From: a virus
Taxonomy: Duplodnaviria; Heunggongvirae; Uroviricota; Caudoviricetes
IMG/VR virus record: IMGVR_UViG_2778261268_000002
Length of the DNA: 64,000 nt
Reading direction: 5' to 3' (one strand)
Of the stretch, positions 41,495 to 54,139 are shown piece after piece (positions within the stretch are counted from its first letter, which is position 1; every line of letters starts with the position of its first letter). The translations under genes were made by a program, and so were the position numbers. The notes under the pieces are model-generated. The model did not search any database. It was not told where the DNA came from and saw only the letters and a list, made by a program, of their open reading frames with translations.

Positions 41495-42100
41495 ATGTCT
41501 GACACTTCGACAAACGAAATTGTACCACACCTACCATTAATCTTCGAAAATGAAGCTAATGGGATTCTTCAGGATCTGGCCTGTACCCCATCGCTGATGG
41601 GGATGATGATGTTTGCGACAGAAGAGGAACTGAAAGCGGCACGAAGCCACATAATAGACGTATTTGAAGAGTGTTACCGAGCCGGACATTTACGCATTAT
41701 GGGCTTTACTAATGAAGGACAGTTGTTCGGGTACGCCTTAATTTTTGGGCATCCATCAGGAAACTTACCATTGTACTGTCATAAAATTTATGTATATGAG
41801 CAATATCGTGGTAATGGACTTGGAAGTAAGATACTGGCAGAAATACTTGCATTTCCAAATGAAGTCGGATTGATTTGCCAGTCTGCTTTAGTTCCTTTTT
41901 ATGAATCAGCGGGGATGCACTTTAAAGGGAATTACACTACTCCACCAGTCGCTAATTTCACAAAAACCCGAGGGATGTATGAGGGGCTTTGCGTGATGAG
42001 TACCAATAAGACGGACAAGATTAATGATATCCCCATCTTCATGTTAAATAATCGCGATATTGATACCATTATACAAGCTATGGTATCGGCAAAAAAATAA
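41495..42100 (+). CDS. GNAT-family N-acetyltransferase
   Basis: AAGGAG RBS; motif A YVYEQYRGNGLGSKILAEIL and motif B-like FYESAGMHFKG; AT-rich. Confidence 0.6.
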   Translation: MSDTSTNEIVPHLPLIFENEANGILQDLACTPSLMGMMMFATEEELKAARSHIIDVFEECYRAGHLRIMGFTNEGQLFGYALIFGHPSGNLPLYCHKIYVYEQYRGNGLGSKILAEILAFPNEVGLICQSALVPFYESAGMHFKGNYTTPPVANFTKTRGMYEGLCVMSTNKTDKINDIPIFMLNNRDIDTIIQAMVSAKK

Positions 42101-42220
42101 CCCTACAGCTCCAAAATGCTGAAAAGATCACAAATGGTTTAATCTCCAAATGTTAAACATGATTACTTCTGCATAAAACTTTTTCAGCCCGGTCGAGTGC
42201 CGGGCATAAACTCGGAAAGT

Positions 42221-42469
42221 TTAATCAGCATTCAGAAGCAACGCATTATCTATGATGATCTGCTCCCATTCTTCGAATGCCCGGTCGCGGACGCCCTGGG
42301 GGACACTGTTTGTTTTGAAATCGACGACCGTCCGCCATTTCCCGTCCGGACGGTACATGCGCAGAGCTTTACTTCCCCCTTCCCTGCGCACCTCAACGTT
42401 ATGCTTGTCAGCAAACTCTTGTAATGCTCGTAGCGTCCCGTGCTTTACTGTGTAGTATCGCTTTTTCAA
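42221..42469 (-). CDS. small protein at the position of P1 lxc/bof (C1 co-repressor)
   Basis: 82-aa ORF directly preceding the ulx-darB genes; assignment by position and size only. Confidence 0.45.
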   Translation of the reverse strand: MKKRYYTVKHGTLRALQEFADKHNVEVRREGGSKALRMYRPDGKWRTVVDFKTNSVPQGVRDRAFEEWEQIIIDNALLLNAD

Positions 42470-42906
42470 GTTTTCTCTCCAGCCTGTGCCAAGGCTTCAA
42501 CTTCCAAATCGTAAGACTCAAACTCATAGTCCTGATCGTCAACTTCTTCAGGCACTGGCAGTAAATGCCAGGCTGAGTATATCTGACCATTATCAAAACG
42601 CTCCTGGCTGTAGAGCGTCGCGGCTATGAGTGTCAGCGCCGGGCGGTCATAACGGTAAATTTTGCGAACGTCACGGTCAACGAGACGACCGAAATTACCA
42701 TAACCGCGCTCCAGTAATAATTTTTTAATTTCCGGCCAGTATGGACCATAGCTGCGGTACAGGCGGGGATTTTTCAGTAATCGCCCGCGTAGCCCTGACA
42801 GGAAGAAATCAACGTATTCGTCTTCTGTCTTTCCTAACAACGCCGTACGCAGTACCGCCTCAAGATATGTTTTATTCGGTTTTATTGTATCAGATAGTGT
42901 GGCCAT
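42466..42906 (-). CDS. small protein co-transcribed upstream of darB (ulx position)
   Basis: 146-aa ORF with overlapping stop/start to neighbours. Confidence 0.5.
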   Translation of the reverse strand: MATLSDTIKPNKTYLEAVLRTALLGKTEDEYVDFFLSGLRGRLLKNPRLYRSYGPYWPEIKKLLLERGYGNFGRLVDRDVRKIYRYDRPALTLIAATLYSQERFDNGQIYSAWHLLPVPEEVDDQDYEFESYDLEVEALAQAGEKT

Positions 42907-42939
42907 ATTATGCGACGCCCGGCGAACCGGGCGCTCCTG

Positions 42940-45900
42940 TTATGCGTATTGTTGGATGACGGCCAGAACGTCCGCCACGTTGTGTTTTGTCTCGATAATC
43001 CACCAGTTACCCAGGAAATCGCTGTTCTTCGCCTTCGCTGGCAGCCAGCGAGCGCCGAATTTCGCCTTGATTGCGTCTTTCGCACGGAAAAGAACGCCTT
43101 TCATGCCTGAGGCTTCCTGAAGCCCAAATACCTCGCCAGCGGCGAATTTTGGTGCGTACATCATCTCCAGGTCGGCGGTGGATACGCGATAATTCAGACC
43201 AAGAGACTGAGCTATGCTGGTGGCATCACCCTGTATTGATGATAACTCTTCTTGTTTCTCGTTTCTGGCGGCAATTTCTTCCTCCGTGATGTTGCCAAGG
43301 GCCAGGTTTATCCGATCAGCGTCGGCCTGTTTCTCTTCATCGGTGCGCCCGGCAAGAACCGTGTTAATACTCTGCAATATCTCCACATGATTCTTGCGCA
43401 TGCTGAGCAATTCCGGCGTAACCTCGTTAAGGTCCACCAGCCCAAGGATGGCAAGGTCGGTAAACATCGATACTAGGTTGTAGGTCATGCGATAGCTGAG
43501 TTGCCCATAGGCTGATGGCAACTGCACCGCATCCATTTTATAGGCATCCATAAATTTAGAGCCGTCGTTTACGACATCCGCAATTGCCGGTGTGATTTTC
43601 CCTGTGGTGGCGGCCTCCCTGATTGCTGTTACCCACGATTGAGTCAGCGCGGCGACTGCATGATTCAGATTGACTTTCCGTTCTGCTGCAATGCGCGCGC
43701 TTGCTGCGTCCATTGCCTGCTTGATCTCGTCTTTATTGCTGTAAATGCCAATGGTGCCAAACTGTGCTGTGGTGATCTCATAATCTGACGCCCGGAACTC
43801 ATTGGTACCGAAAATGGCATTGGTGACTTCAAGTTCAGAATCCCCGTTACGAGTAGCCCCCTGGCTTGTTTTCTCCGGCATTCTGGCGATCGCATCCGCT
43901 ATTTTCTCCTGAATTGCTTCAGGGGATAGCGTATCTCCGTATGACGCGATTACATCGCCATAATTGGAGCCAAACAGTTCAACCAGGAATGCTTCTGCCG
44001 AACGGATCTGGCGGTTATTCCCTTCCGACATCATACCAAGCACCCATTTTGCAATTGACGACTTCAGCGCGCCGTCACGGCGATCCGGGTAAACCGCATG
44101 CTTCAGTGGGTCCGTATAGGTACCAACAAAATCAATGCTATAGCCTGACTCTGTAGTCTGAACGCCGTATGAGTCAGTGATTTTGATCATGCCGCGCTGC
44201 TGGAAACGGTAGAAATCGTCACAGGAAACGATGTCGTTAATCCCGGCGATGGAGACGCCACCACTGATTTTCTGCATAACAGCATCTTCATCGGGAGTTA
44301 CATCAACCTGTTTATCCAGCGTCTTCACATCCCAGTTACCAGATTTGGTGCCTTTGAAGGTGAAGATGATCTCCACGTCTGCGCGCTGGCTGTCGAAGTC
44401 CAGCGACTTAATGCGAACGATATCACCGGCACAATCGTAGTATTGGCCTACACGCCATGAGCGATCGCCGATAACAAGGAACTCACTCGCATGGTTAACC
44501 AGGTCAGGATCAACATCCAGAATGCCTTTATTTAATGCATCCTCCACCAGCGGGCGCAGGCGTTTGATATCCGTCGCGGCCTTCTGAGTACGGTTCAATA
44601 ATTTCTCATAGCGGGAGATGGCTTGAGAGATATTAGCCTTGCGCTGAATGGCGCTTTTCAACGACGCGCGATACTGTGCTAACAACATACGGTCTGTGTG
44701 ATGGACACTCCCCCAGCGTGCCTTCCAGTCTGCGTTATCCGCTGCCTTGGCCATTGCCGCCTGTTTGAATTTAGCTACCTCGGCGGTGGTCTTTTCAAGT
44801 TCCGCTTTGCTTCGCTCTAATTCAGCGGTAAGCACCTCCACATCCTCACCAGCTGCGTGCTGCGCCTTGATGTAGTTCTGAAGGTCGATAGTAGCCTGTT
44901 CTTTCTGGCGAGCGCGTTGCGCGGCTTTCGCCTTATCCATTTGAACCTGCATCATTGCCAGACGTTCGCCATCATCCTTAGCGGTATACATCTGCATTTC
45001 GATCATATCGTTGGCGTCGGCGTTCTCCATTTCTGACTTATCTGAACGGAGGATATCGGAGATCCAGCCTGCTTTACGCTTCAGCGTCTTCAGTCGGTAT
45101 TCATCGAAAGAACCCTTGCCGCAGTAGTAGTGAACGCGAACGCTTGCACGGTTGGAGCCAACTCGGGCACCGCGACCGTTTCGTTGCGCAATACTGGCTG
45201 GAGTCCATGGCAACGTCAGATGATGGATGTCAGTCGTTCCTCGATGCAGGTTGATACCCACCTCTGCCTTTTTGTTGCAGATGATGATCGGAGTCCGGCC
45301 CTCCTGGAAGTCGGCTGCAATCTTTTCCAGACCGCCCAACGACATTTCATTTTGCTGCGCGATATAGGCGTCATACAGAGCCATTTGCTCGTTGTATTTC
45401 GCTATCTGTGCATCTGTTGGTTCATCCGGTAACTCTTTCGGCGGTTTAACCGCTTTCAGTTTCTTACCGGTTTTACCTGCCTCGGCAACCGTCTGAGCAT
45501 TCAGTATCCCCACCTTTGAAGGTTCAAGGTTAAGAGCATTGCAGATAATGCGCTTGAGCTTCTGGTGCTGCGTTTTTTCATCGGTGAAGATGATTTGCTT
45601 ACCTTCCGGGAAAAACTCCTTCAGCGTGGCAATCAGCTTCGCGTATTTGGGCGTAACGGGGTGAGTTACGGTCTGTTCGTCAATGCCAAACCTGGCCAGG
45701 CGCTTATTCACTTCCTGCTCGAACGCTTCCGGAACCTGCAACTGAATAAACTCGCCCTTATCTATCAGGGAGTATTGCGATTGCTGCGTGATTGAATCAT
45801 CACTGTCGTCGTCTTCGCTGGTGGCTTGTTTAGGCAAACTGTCTGCCAGCTGCTGCACCGCATCGGCGTACTCCGGCAGGAAACGATAGGTGATCCGGCG

Positions 45901-48900
45901 ATAGTACAGGTCCATGTCAGTACATACGCGGTCCATATCCCTGATTATTGAGAAGATCGGACGGGCTTTCTCGTGCTCAATCACGCCGTCTTCATTGACC
46001 GAGGTCGTTACACCATTGTTGGCTTTGGCCGCCGCTTCCGCCTGCTGACGCAATTCTTCATACGCCGCCAGTTGTTCTTCAGTAAGTGGTGCATCCTGCT
46101 GGTGTTCGTCCAGTTCCGGGATCTCCACGGTATCCTTAACGTCTTCCGCCGTTTTAAGCGTTGTCCAGCGATGGAATATGCCGCGCAGCGCATCAAGGTT
46201 TTCAAAACCCACCAGCGCCATTTTTTCTTCAACTTCGCCGCTGATTTTCTGTACCGTTTCCAGCCTGGTCTTGCCGAAGAATTTTACGAAGTCATCAGGA
46301 CTGTAGATCCCCATCTTCTGCCAGTATTCCTTCGGCAGAACATGAGAAAGCATGTTGTATGCATCGATCGGGGTGTTAACGACTGGTGTTGCAGTCAGGA
46401 GAACCGGTCCGCGCCCGCCATTCTTTTTCATCAAGTACGCGTTTTTGATTGCCATATCTCGCGCCGATTGCGCCACCGCGCTGGTGGGCAGATAGGCCAG
46501 CTGTGACGCTTCGCGACCATTTTTATAGCTATTGCGGTAGTTGTGGCCTTCGTCAGCAATCACGCTGTCGAAGCCCATATCCTCAAAGTACGGATACTTC
46601 TCTGCTTTTTCGGTACCGGTATCTGAATACTCCGACAATACCCGGCGACGCGCCGCCTCTTTGCGGTGGGAGTCGGAGTCCATTGCGCTGGCTACGCGCC
46701 CGGCGGCAACGAAGTCATAAAGCATGTCTTGTGCATGCTCATCTACGGTGTCATCACGTAGCGGAATGCGGGCGTATTGTTCTTTGGTAAACACGACTGC
46801 ACGGTAATTTGAGTGCGGGATCGCGTTCATCCGCGCCGTGATAGTGGCTTCATCTGCCAGCTTAAGAGCATCGCGCATAACTGGAGTGCCATCAGTACCA
46901 AGAACAGGTTTACCGTTCTCATTGAGCACCGGCACCTGGCGAATCTGATCGCCATCCATCAGCACATCAAGACCGACGAACAAGTAGTTACTGAATGCCT
47001 CTTCACTCAGGAATTCTTTTGCTTCGTAATACCAATTTTCCAGCACTGATTTAGGCACTACATACGCAGTACGGGTGGAGCGACCGTTCTCATAGTTGAA
47101 CGCCTCAAGCGCCAGCGCGGTCGTGGTTTTACCCAGCCCGGTGCCGAAGCCCAGGATGCCGCGCCCATCTTCGGACAGTCGGCGCACCTCGCTATTCTGG
47201 TAATCAAATGGCTGGCGCTTACCGCTTAATCCCTTCAACCCAAGCGGATCGCCAGAGTGTTCATACGGGATATTGCTATTGAACACATCGTTGTATTTGG
47301 TAACCAGTTCATCGTAGCGATCGTGCGTCTTGATCCACTTATTGAACTGGTCCTCAAGCAGTGCCATCTGCTCGCGGTAGCCGTTCGCCGTCGCGCTATC
47401 TTTGCCACCGATACGCGCACCATTGAGATACTTTTCCAGCTGTGCCGGGAACCCGGTCGCGTTTTCACCTGATTTACGGTCCCACTCGTAGCGGATCTCG
47501 CCTGTTTCTTTATCCTTGCGCTGGACGACACCGTATCGGTGCCCGACGAACAGGCCATCACTACCGTGATAGGTGTCAGAAACCATTTCGTCGCCTTCCA
47601 GCTGCACTGACTGCACATAGCGCAGATCCGGATAGCCGTTTTCCTGCAAAAATTCCAGAATGACGGAACGGTCGAACCAACGGCTATTGAGCTTAAAGCG
47701 GATATTCTCTGCTGGCGTCTTGATGCGCTTCTCTTCGATCGCTGCCAGCTGATTAAGGACGTTGTTCTTTACTGGACCGTCGGGGAGTGTGGCAAGGAAT
47801 TCCTGTTTTGGAGCCACTATCTCGTTAATGTCGCCGCTGGTGGCGCGGGCGAACGGAACAATCCCGCCATACGGTGAAACCGCAATGCCAGGGGTGCTGG
47901 CCAATAAATTAAGCAACTCGTCATCACTGGCTGGCAGTTCACCGGTAAACGCAAGGCGGAAATCATCGAGCTGGATTGGATCGCGAGTGAGATCACTGTA
48001 GAGATAACGCAGGGTGTCCTGATAGCTGGTGGAGTCATAACTGGCGCTGGAATCATGCGTAACCAGTTTTCCTGTCAGCTCGTCAGAAATAGCGCCATCC
48101 AGCTTAATTGCACCACGGAAAGCAAACCAAGCGCGCGCACCGCTTCCTGATAATTTCGCTATAGGACCGCGACCGGGGTTACCAAAACGGTCAATCTCTG
48201 CCTGCAAACGGGATACCAGAGAAAGGCGCTGCTGTTCGATTTGTTCAGCACTATGCCCGGCGGCCTTCATATCCTGATATTCAATTAACATCCGGCCAAT
48301 CATCGCCCCGCGATACAAGCGTTCACGGTATTTTTCAGGCTGGCTGTTAATCCAGTCCACCAGCTGCACCATATCGTCGCTGATTGATGTGGTGTACTTA
48401 TCGCGGACATTTGCCATCTGGGTAAATGTCATACCGAGACGGCCTTCTGTTGTAGTCAGGTTACGCTGAAGAGCCTCCCAGCTATCCGCGCCATAACTGG
48501 CAGCATCGATCTTAAGTTCCTTCCCGGCATCAGCTTCAATCCAGCGACCACCAGCATATTTTTGCCATACGCCATTAATCAGGCGCATTTCCCCTTCACC
48601 AACAACGTCTGCGGTCGGTGACGGTTCAGCCATATCGAGCAAAGACCAGTCGATACGGCTTTCGAAACGATGAATCAGCTTCGCTTTAAGAGCCTGGTTA
48701 TCAATCTGACCGTCGGCACGAACCTCAATACGCCCCTGGAAGCCCTTTTCCTGGGTGCCATGAACAAACCGGCGGCCATCCTTTTCAAACCACTTGCCAG
48801 AAATAAACGTTGGCCAAAGCACATTTGCCGATTCAAGAGTGCTTTCATCCACCAGGGGGATTTTCTCAGCCATCTCTGCCGGATGTTTGCGCATCAGCAC

Positions 48901-49707
48901 CACATCTACGACCGTACTGGTCCCGTTTGCGTCAAAAGTACCGGTAGGCAAGCGGTGGGCACCAAGAAATTCAGCTTTCCGTGATAGGCGCAGGCGTAAC
49001 CGCTTCATGTTTGAACCTGAAACAATGGACGGCGGCACAATCACGCACATGAATCCGCCTGGCTTTATCTTGTCCAGCATGCGGAGCATGAAGTAAGAAC
49101 CCATGTCCGTTTCTTCTGCGTAAGGCTTATCGATGTTGCGTGTGTTATCACGACCGCCGAACGGAACGTTACCCACAACATGGTCGAATGAATCGTTAGG
49201 CGTGCTTACAGCCAGTTGTTCGAACGGGGAAATCTGTACGCTGTCTTCCGGGTGTAACAGCTGGTTTATACGACCGGAAACACTGCTGATCTCAGTCGCG
49301 GTCATCACCGTACCAACCGGTTTTGTCTCATTAAAAACGCCGGTTCCCGCCGATGGTTCCAGAGTGTTACCTACGTCCGCGCCGTAGAGCTTCATGATCT
49401 CCCAGACACCTTCAGCGATCGGCTTTGGTGTGTAATATTCGGAGACGGACCCGCCAATGCCGCCTTCACCGGTGTACCCAGCCAGGATCTGGCGCTGTTC
49501 ATCTGTCAGTGTCGCGCCGTCCACCAGTGAATTAAGCAAATCTATCGCCTTCTGATTCGCCTCCCGGCGCAGTCGGTCATAGCTTTTGCCTTCCACCTTT
49601 TCCACGCCGTATTTAATCGGCGCTCGGTGAGATGTTATTGCCCTAATGTATTTCAATATTTCGCTGACACTTGAACAGCGAAACACCCCCATAGATAGCT
49701 TGTTCAT
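42940..49707 (-). CDS. darB: giant anti-restriction protein: N6-adenine methyltransferase domain fused to DExH/SF2 helicase (DarB-like)
   Basis: 2255 aa; N-terminal MTase motifs (SAGTGVF, GNVPFG), central Walker A (GFGTGLGKTT), DEGH box (ADEGHNYRN), helicase motif VI (QRNGRGAR). Confidence 0.85.
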   Translation of the reverse strand: MNKLSMGVFRCSSVSEILKYIRAITSHRAPIKYGVEKVEGKSYDRLRREANQKAIDLLNSLVDGATLTDEQRQILAGYTGEGGIGGSVSEYYTPKPIAEGVWEIMKLYGADVGNTLEPSAGTGVFNETKPVGTVMTATEISSVSGRINQLLHPEDSVQISPFEQLAVSTPNDSFDHVVGNVPFGGRDNTRNIDKPYAEETDMGSYFMLRMLDKIKPGGFMCVIVPPSIVSGSNMKRLRLRLSRKAEFLGAHRLPTGTFDANGTSTVVDVVLMRKHPAEMAEKIPLVDESTLESANVLWPTFISGKWFEKDGRRFVHGTQEKGFQGRIEVRADGQIDNQALKAKLIHRFESRIDWSLLDMAEPSPTADVVGEGEMRLINGVWQKYAGGRWIEADAGKELKIDAASYGADSWEALQRNLTTTEGRLGMTFTQMANVRDKYTTSISDDMVQLVDWINSQPEKYRERLYRGAMIGRMLIEYQDMKAAGHSAEQIEQQRLSLVSRLQAEIDRFGNPGRGPIAKLSGSGARAWFAFRGAIKLDGAISDELTGKLVTHDSSASYDSTSYQDTLRYLYSDLTRDPIQLDDFRLAFTGELPASDDELLNLLASTPGIAVSPYGGIVPFARATSGDINEIVAPKQEFLATLPDGPVKNNVLNQLAAIEEKRIKTPAENIRFKLNSRWFDRSVILEFLQENGYPDLRYVQSVQLEGDEMVSDTYHGSDGLFVGHRYGVVQRKDKETGEIRYEWDRKSGENATGFPAQLEKYLNGARIGGKDSATANGYREQMALLEDQFNKWIKTHDRYDELVTKYNDVFNSNIPYEHSGDPLGLKGLSGKRQPFDYQNSEVRRLSEDGRGILGFGTGLGKTTTALALEAFNYENGRSTRTAYVVPKSVLENWYYEAKEFLSEEAFSNYLFVGLDVLMDGDQIRQVPVLNENGKPVLGTDGTPVMRDALKLADEATITARMNAIPHSNYRAVVFTKEQYARIPLRDDTVDEHAQDMLYDFVAAGRVASAMDSDSHRKEAARRRVLSEYSDTGTEKAEKYPYFEDMGFDSVIADEGHNYRNSYKNGREASQLAYLPTSAVAQSARDMAIKNAYLMKKNGGRGPVLLTATPVVNTPIDAYNMLSHVLPKEYWQKMGIYSPDDFVKFFGKTRLETVQKISGEVEEKMALVGFENLDALRGIFHRWTTLKTAEDVKDTVEIPELDEHQQDAPLTEEQLAAYEELRQQAEAAAKANNGVTTSVNEDGVIEHEKARPIFSIIRDMDRVCTDMDLYYRRITYRFLPEYADAVQQLADSLPKQATSEDDDSDDSITQQSQYSLIDKGEFIQLQVPEAFEQEVNKRLARFGIDEQTVTHPVTPKYAKLIATLKEFFPEGKQIIFTDEKTQHQKLKRIICNALNLEPSKVGILNAQTVAEAGKTGKKLKAVKPPKELPDEPTDAQIAKYNEQMALYDAYIAQQNEMSLGGLEKIAADFQEGRTPIIICNKKAEVGINLHRGTTDIHHLTLPWTPASIAQRNGRGARVGSNRASVRVHYYCGKGSFDEYRLKTLKRKAGWISDILRSDKSEMENADANDMIEMQMYTAKDDGERLAMMQVQMDKAKAAQRARQKEQATIDLQNYIKAQHAAGEDVEVLTAELERSKAELEKTTAEVAKFKQAAMAKAADNADWKARWGSVHHTDRMLLAQYRASLKSAIQRKANISQAISRYEKLLNRTQKAATDIKRLRPLVEDALNKGILDVDPDLVNHASEFLVIGDRSWRVGQYYDCAGDIVRIKSLDFDSQRADVEIIFTFKGTKSGNWDVKTLDKQVDVTPDEDAVMQKISGGVSIAGINDIVSCDDFYRFQQRGMIKITDSYGVQTTESGYSIDFVGTYTDPLKHAVYPDRRDGALKSSIAKWVLGMMSEGNNRQIRSAEAFLVELFGSNYGDVIASYGDTLSPEAIQEKIADAIARMPEKTSQGATRNGDSELEVTNAIFGTNEFRASDYEITTAQFGTIGIYSNKDEIKQAMDAASARIAAERKVNLNHAVAALTQSWVTAIREAATTGKITPAIADVVNDGSKFMDAYKMDAVQLPSAYGQLSYRMTYNLVSMFTDLAILGLVDLNEVTPELLSMRKNHVEILQSINTVLAGRTDEEKQADADRINLALGNITEEEIAARNEKQEELSSIQGDATSIAQSLGLNYRVSTADLEMMYAPKFAAGEVFGLQEASGMKGVLFRAKDAIKAKFGARWLPAKAKNSDFLGNWWIIETKHNVADVLAVIQQYA

Positions 49708-49773
49708 TGGTAATCCTTAACAAGTGACTAGTGTTAAATTCCGTTCAAACACGATGCGAATTATTCTAATTAA

Positions 49774-52504
<2,731 letters not shown>

Positions 52505-53850
52505 CACCCTCCACGCCCTGACGGGCGTGGATTCCTGCTACGTTCAGGCTGTCGCCTGAATCATTTCGGTGGGTTCCTGCTTCAACGGACGGCCTGACTG
52601 CACCATCCCTCCACAGGCAAGTACGGCGTGCCCCGCCGCTAAAATGTTACGAGCGCCGTTTACATCGGCGTTCGCTGTATATCCACATACCTGGCATCTG
52701 AATTTACTTTGTGACAGGCGATTTTCTTTCGCGGTATGACCACAGCACGCGCAACGCTGGCTTGTGTACGCTGGCGGCACTGCCAGTACCTGACCACCAT
52801 GCCAGAGCTGCTTATACTCAAGCTGGCGGCGCATTTCATACCAGCCCTGATCCAGTATCGAACGGTTTAAACCTGATTTTGCCCGGACATTGCGACCCGG
52901 CTGACTTATCGTACCCGCCGCTGACTTTGACATGTGTTTAACCTTCAAATCCTCAATGACAATCATTGCGTGGTTTTTGCTGATGATCGTTGTGACTTTA
53001 TGAAGGTAGTCTCTGCGGATATTTGCGATACGGGAGTGCAGTTGCTGTATTTTGCGTTTCTGCTTCTGCCAGTTGTTGCTGAATCTGACCTTGCGGCTTA
53101 ACTGGCGCTGAAGTCTCGCCAGCTTTTTCTGGTTTTTCTGGAAACTGTTTACAGGCTCAAAGACTGTGCCATCTGACAGCGTGGCGAGCCTGGCCACGCC
53201 AGCATCCAATCCGACCATTGATGCTGAAGGGTGAGCCGGAGTGGATACTTCACTTTCTGTCTGAATACTGATGTACCATTTACCGCAGGACTGGCTGACA
53301 GTGACATTTTTCACAATCCCCGTGACCTGCCGGCTGTTACGGTAGCGCATCCAGCCAAGTTTCGGCAGAAAAATACGGCTGTTTTCCTGGTCGAGCTTAA
53401 CACCCTGCGGGTAGCGGAATGCATCATTCTGTCCCCGCTTTTTGAATCGGGGAAAAGCCGCCCGCTTCTGGAAGAAATTTTTGTAGGCCCGCTCAAGGTC
53501 TTTCAGTGACTGCTGCAATGGCTGTGAGGGAGAATCTTTAAGCCATTCGGTTTCAGTGTCTTTTTTCCACTCAACCAACCAGGAAGCCATTTTCGTGTAA
53601 GGGATGTATTTATTCCCGGCCTCATAATTCTCATTCTGAAGTGCCAGTGCACGATTGAAAACGAAACGACAAGCTCCGGCAAAGAGCCTCATTTGACGCT
53701 CCTGTTGACCACCGGGTCTTAACTGGAATTTAAATGCTTGTAGTCGCTTCATCCCACTATTTTAAACAAAAACAGTTAGGTGGAAAACCACGCCTTATAT
53801 CCCCTCCCTGAAGGACGGGATTTTACGGCGCACCGGATAACCACCAAAAA
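52505..53850 (-). mobile_element. IS200/IS605-family element carrying only tnpB (IS609-like), inserted between head and lysis genes
   Basis: TnpB ORF flanked by subterminal hairpin CCACGCCCTGACGGGCGTGG at ~52511-52530; no tnpA present; boundaries approximate. Confidence 0.6.
52544..53752 (-). CDS. tnpB: TnpB (OrfB) RNA-guided nuclease of IS200/IS605 family, IS609 InsQ-like
   Basis: 402 aa; RuvC-I ([10 protein letters not shown]), RuvC-II (IVIEDL), zinc finger CACCGH...CQVCG, RuvC-III ([10 protein letters not shown]); near-identical in outline to E. coli InsQ as recalled. Confidence 0.9.
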   Translation of the reverse strand: MKRLQAFKFQLRPGGQQERQMRLFAGACRFVFNRALALQNENYEAGNKYIPYTKMASWLVEWKKDTETEWLKDSPSQPLQQSLKDLERAYKNFFQKRAAFPRFKKRGQNDAFRYPQGVKLDQENSRIFLPKLGWMRYRNSRQVTGIVKNVTVSQSCGKWYISIQTESEVSTPAHPSASMVGLDAGVARLATLSDGTVFEPVNSFQKNQKKLARLQRQLSRKVRFSNNWQKQKRKIQQLHSRIANIRRDYLHKVTTIISKNHAMIVIEDLKVKHMSKSAAGTISQPGRNVRAKSGLNRSILDQGWYEMRRQLEYKQLWHGGQVLAVPPAYTSQRCACCGHTAKENRLSQSKFRCQVCGYTANADVNGARNILAAGHAVLACGGMVQSGRPLKQEPTEMIQATA

Positions 53851-53873
53851 TAACCCCGGCGGCTTCCGGGGTT
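53846..53873 (-). terminator. rho-independent terminator of the lysis operon
   Basis: AACCCCGG-cggctt-CCGGGGTT followed on the minus strand by TTTTT. Confidence 0.6.
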
Positions 53874-53884
53874 ATCGTTAACTA

Positions 53885-54139
53885 TTATCGCCTTCGCCTG
53901 CGTGCCATATATTTGCGCACCGCGCGGCGTGGACAATCTGAAGCGGTTTCTTTCTGCTGCATCAATCTCGCAGCCATGCTCAAAAATGTCAGGCACAGCC
54001 GAAGCCCGGCATATAATAGCGGTTCCAGTGGCCACGTCTCATTGAGCACATATACCGCCATGAAAATCGAGTCGAAAACTATCGCCGCCAGCGATAACTT
54101 CATTGTCGAAAGTCGGCGGAGCTGCCGGAGTTTATTCAT
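53885..54139 (-). CDS. small membrane protein in lysis cassette
   Basis: 84 aa with hydrophobic segments and Arg-rich C-terminus, overlapping lyz stop. Confidence 0.45.
   Translation of the reverse strand: MNKLRQLRRLSTMKLSLAAIVFDSIFMAVYVLNETWPLEPLLYAGLRLCLTFLSMAARLMQQKETASDCPRRAVRKYMARRRRR

Noticed and set aside
42221-42469. Possible HicA-like toxin fold for the 82-aa protein (GGSKALRMYRPDGKWRTVVDF)
   Set aside because: The catalytic histidine of HicA is not present, there is no adjacent HicB-like gene, and the gene sits at the position of the P1 C1 co-repressor; resemblance judged incidental
42940-49707. Numerous 60-180 aa ORFs on the plus strand inside the 2255-aa gene (for example 45973..46506)
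   Set aside because: Antisense to a long, motif-rich coding region; no independent support
52511-52530. Hairpin CCACGCCCTGACGGGCGTGG as intrinsic terminator of the protease gene
   Set aside because: No U-tract on either strand; more consistent with a subterminal IS200/IS605 end structure
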